A stretch of DNA of 54,950 nt from Minisyncoccia bacterium. Its GTDB lineage: Bacteria > Patescibacteriota > Minisyncoccia > Phycocordibacterales > PALSA-1337. Positions 54,340-54,950 of the stretch are shown piece by piece. The stretch covers positions 316,495 through 371,444 of the forward strand of contig JBGAUV010000001.1 in assembly GCA_044228445.1 (NCBI GenBank), read 5' to 3'. A program made the position numbers and the translations under genes. Position 1 is the stretch's first letter. Each line of letters begins with the position of its first letter. A model generated the notes under the pieces. The model saw only the letters and a list, made by a program, of their open reading frames with translations, made no database searches and was not told the origin of the DNA.

Positions 54340-54573
54340 TTACTGTTGTTTTTTGAACCCCCCGAACTTCGGGGAAATTGTGAATGTGACAGTCCGGTTT
54401 GTCCGAACGTTGTTTGTAGGAAGCTCAACATGAGCCCCCAACTCACTCTTAGTAGAGTCAGAATTGGATTCCGTAGGAAGGCCATTAGGGCTTTTCCTGT
54501 TCTTTGCCACAATTAGAAGGGAAATAATCACCCCAATAATGAGAGTGAAAAGACTGTATTTTAGGACTTTCAT
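54340..54573 (-). CDS. Small single-pass membrane protein (cassette E, first gene)
   Basis: 77 aa with TM helix YSLFTLIIGVIISLLIV and a TNNVRTN motif. Lies 24 nt upstream of 53194..54315. Confidence 0.5.
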   Translation of the reverse strand: MKVLKYSLFTLIIGVIISLLIVAKNRKSPNGLPTESNSDSTKSELGAHVELPTNNVRTNRTVTFTISPKFGGFKKQQ

Positions 54574-54646
54574 TTTTTTTATGAGAGTTTAGCTCAATAT
54601 AAACACAAGCCACACGGCAAGTTCTATTTAAAAGAGCTTTTGTAAA

Positions 54647-54675
54647 ACACTATCATATTTGTAGGGATATGTCAA
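54647..54675 (-). promoter_or_regulatory. Putative promoter of cassette E
   Basis: Minus strand TTGACA (54675-54670), 17-nt spacer, TGa-TAGTGT (-10 at 54652-54647). Confidence 0.45.
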
Positions 54676-54729
54676 TGCTTTGCTTTTAATTAAATATAGG
54701 TTATAGTACACAAGCATTTATATACATTT

Positions 54730-54885
54730 ATGTCACAAATTCAACTTATACAACTAAAAAACAAAGAGACAGGTGAAGTATACTGGTCACGTAAGAATAA
54801 GCGTAAAGTGGAGAGAAAGATTGAACTAAAGAAGTTCAGCAAAAAGCTTAGAAAACACGTTACTTTCAAGGAAGCAAAGAAATAA
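54730..54885 (+). CDS. rpmG: 50S ribosomal protein L33
   Basis: 51-aa basic ORF not in the track: MSQIQLIQLKNKETGEVYWSRKNKRKVERKIELKKFSKKLRKHVTFKEAKK fits the L33 pattern (Y.T.KNKR...KLELKK..P..RKH..FKE.K). Confidence 0.75.
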   Translation: MSQIQLIQLKNKETGEVYWSRKNKRKVERKIELKKFSKKLRKHVTFKEAKK

Positions 54886-54901
54886 CTTTTGCTTTAGTAG
54901 T

Positions 54902-54934
54902 AAAAAGAGGGTAGTATAAAAGGACCCTCTTTTT
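54902..54934 (+). terminator. Intrinsic terminator after rpmG
   Basis: AGAGGGT (54906-54912) pairs with ACCCTCT (54924-54930), followed by TTTT. Confidence 0.65.
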
Positions 54935-54950
54935 ACATATATGAGGATTA

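Noticed and set aside
1-54950. An alternative genetic code (UGA recoding, as in some CPR lineages)
   Set aside because: TGA clearly terminates well-delimited genes, for example 32350..32871 with its ATGA overlap, 7356..8351 and 53194..54315. Conserved proteins such as GyrA, ClpB, FtsZ and LepA are full-length under the standard code.

Overview
This is an AT-rich bacterial chromosome segment; one hand-counted backbone line (13561-13620) has 16/60 G+C. Gene content and compaction resemble an ultra-small CPR/Patescibacteria (Parcubacteria-like) genome, which is an inference. The housekeeping backbone includes murJ, lepA, tsaD, lexA, trxB, ftsA-ftsZ, ybeY, rpsU, lepB, pth, rpsA, gyrA, rbfA-infB, clpB, msrA-msrB, alr and rpmG. 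There are also nine tRNA genes, a type IV pilin, a secreted SNase-type nuclease, a metzincin protease and six VirB2/TrbC-like pilin paralogues. The standard code applies, since TGA is used as a stop. I saw no rRNA, CRISPR array, integrase or transposase. Five things stand out. (1) Six short cassettes with GC-rich coding sequence (29-35 G+C per hand-counted 60-nt line; cassette D only 19/60) sit in intergenic slots between core genes. Most have an identifiable consensus-like AT-rich promoter and all end in a hairpin terminator, GC-rich in most. Nearly all of their products are membrane-anchored or secreted proteins of unknown function. One of these is an SPFH-domain mini-operon. Another is a repeat-bearing gene apparently split at an A9 run. 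(2) Degenerate copies of the 5' half of tRNA-Phe, tRNA-Val and tRNA-Lys lie upstream of the real genes. (3) A 19-bp duplication of the tRNA-Glu 3' end looks like an att-site scar. (4) A 19-bp direct repeat brackets the nuclease gene next to the pilin gene. (5) A Cheo-type LexA box is embedded in the lexA operon promoter. Function calls rest on motifs read by eye, because no database search was possible.
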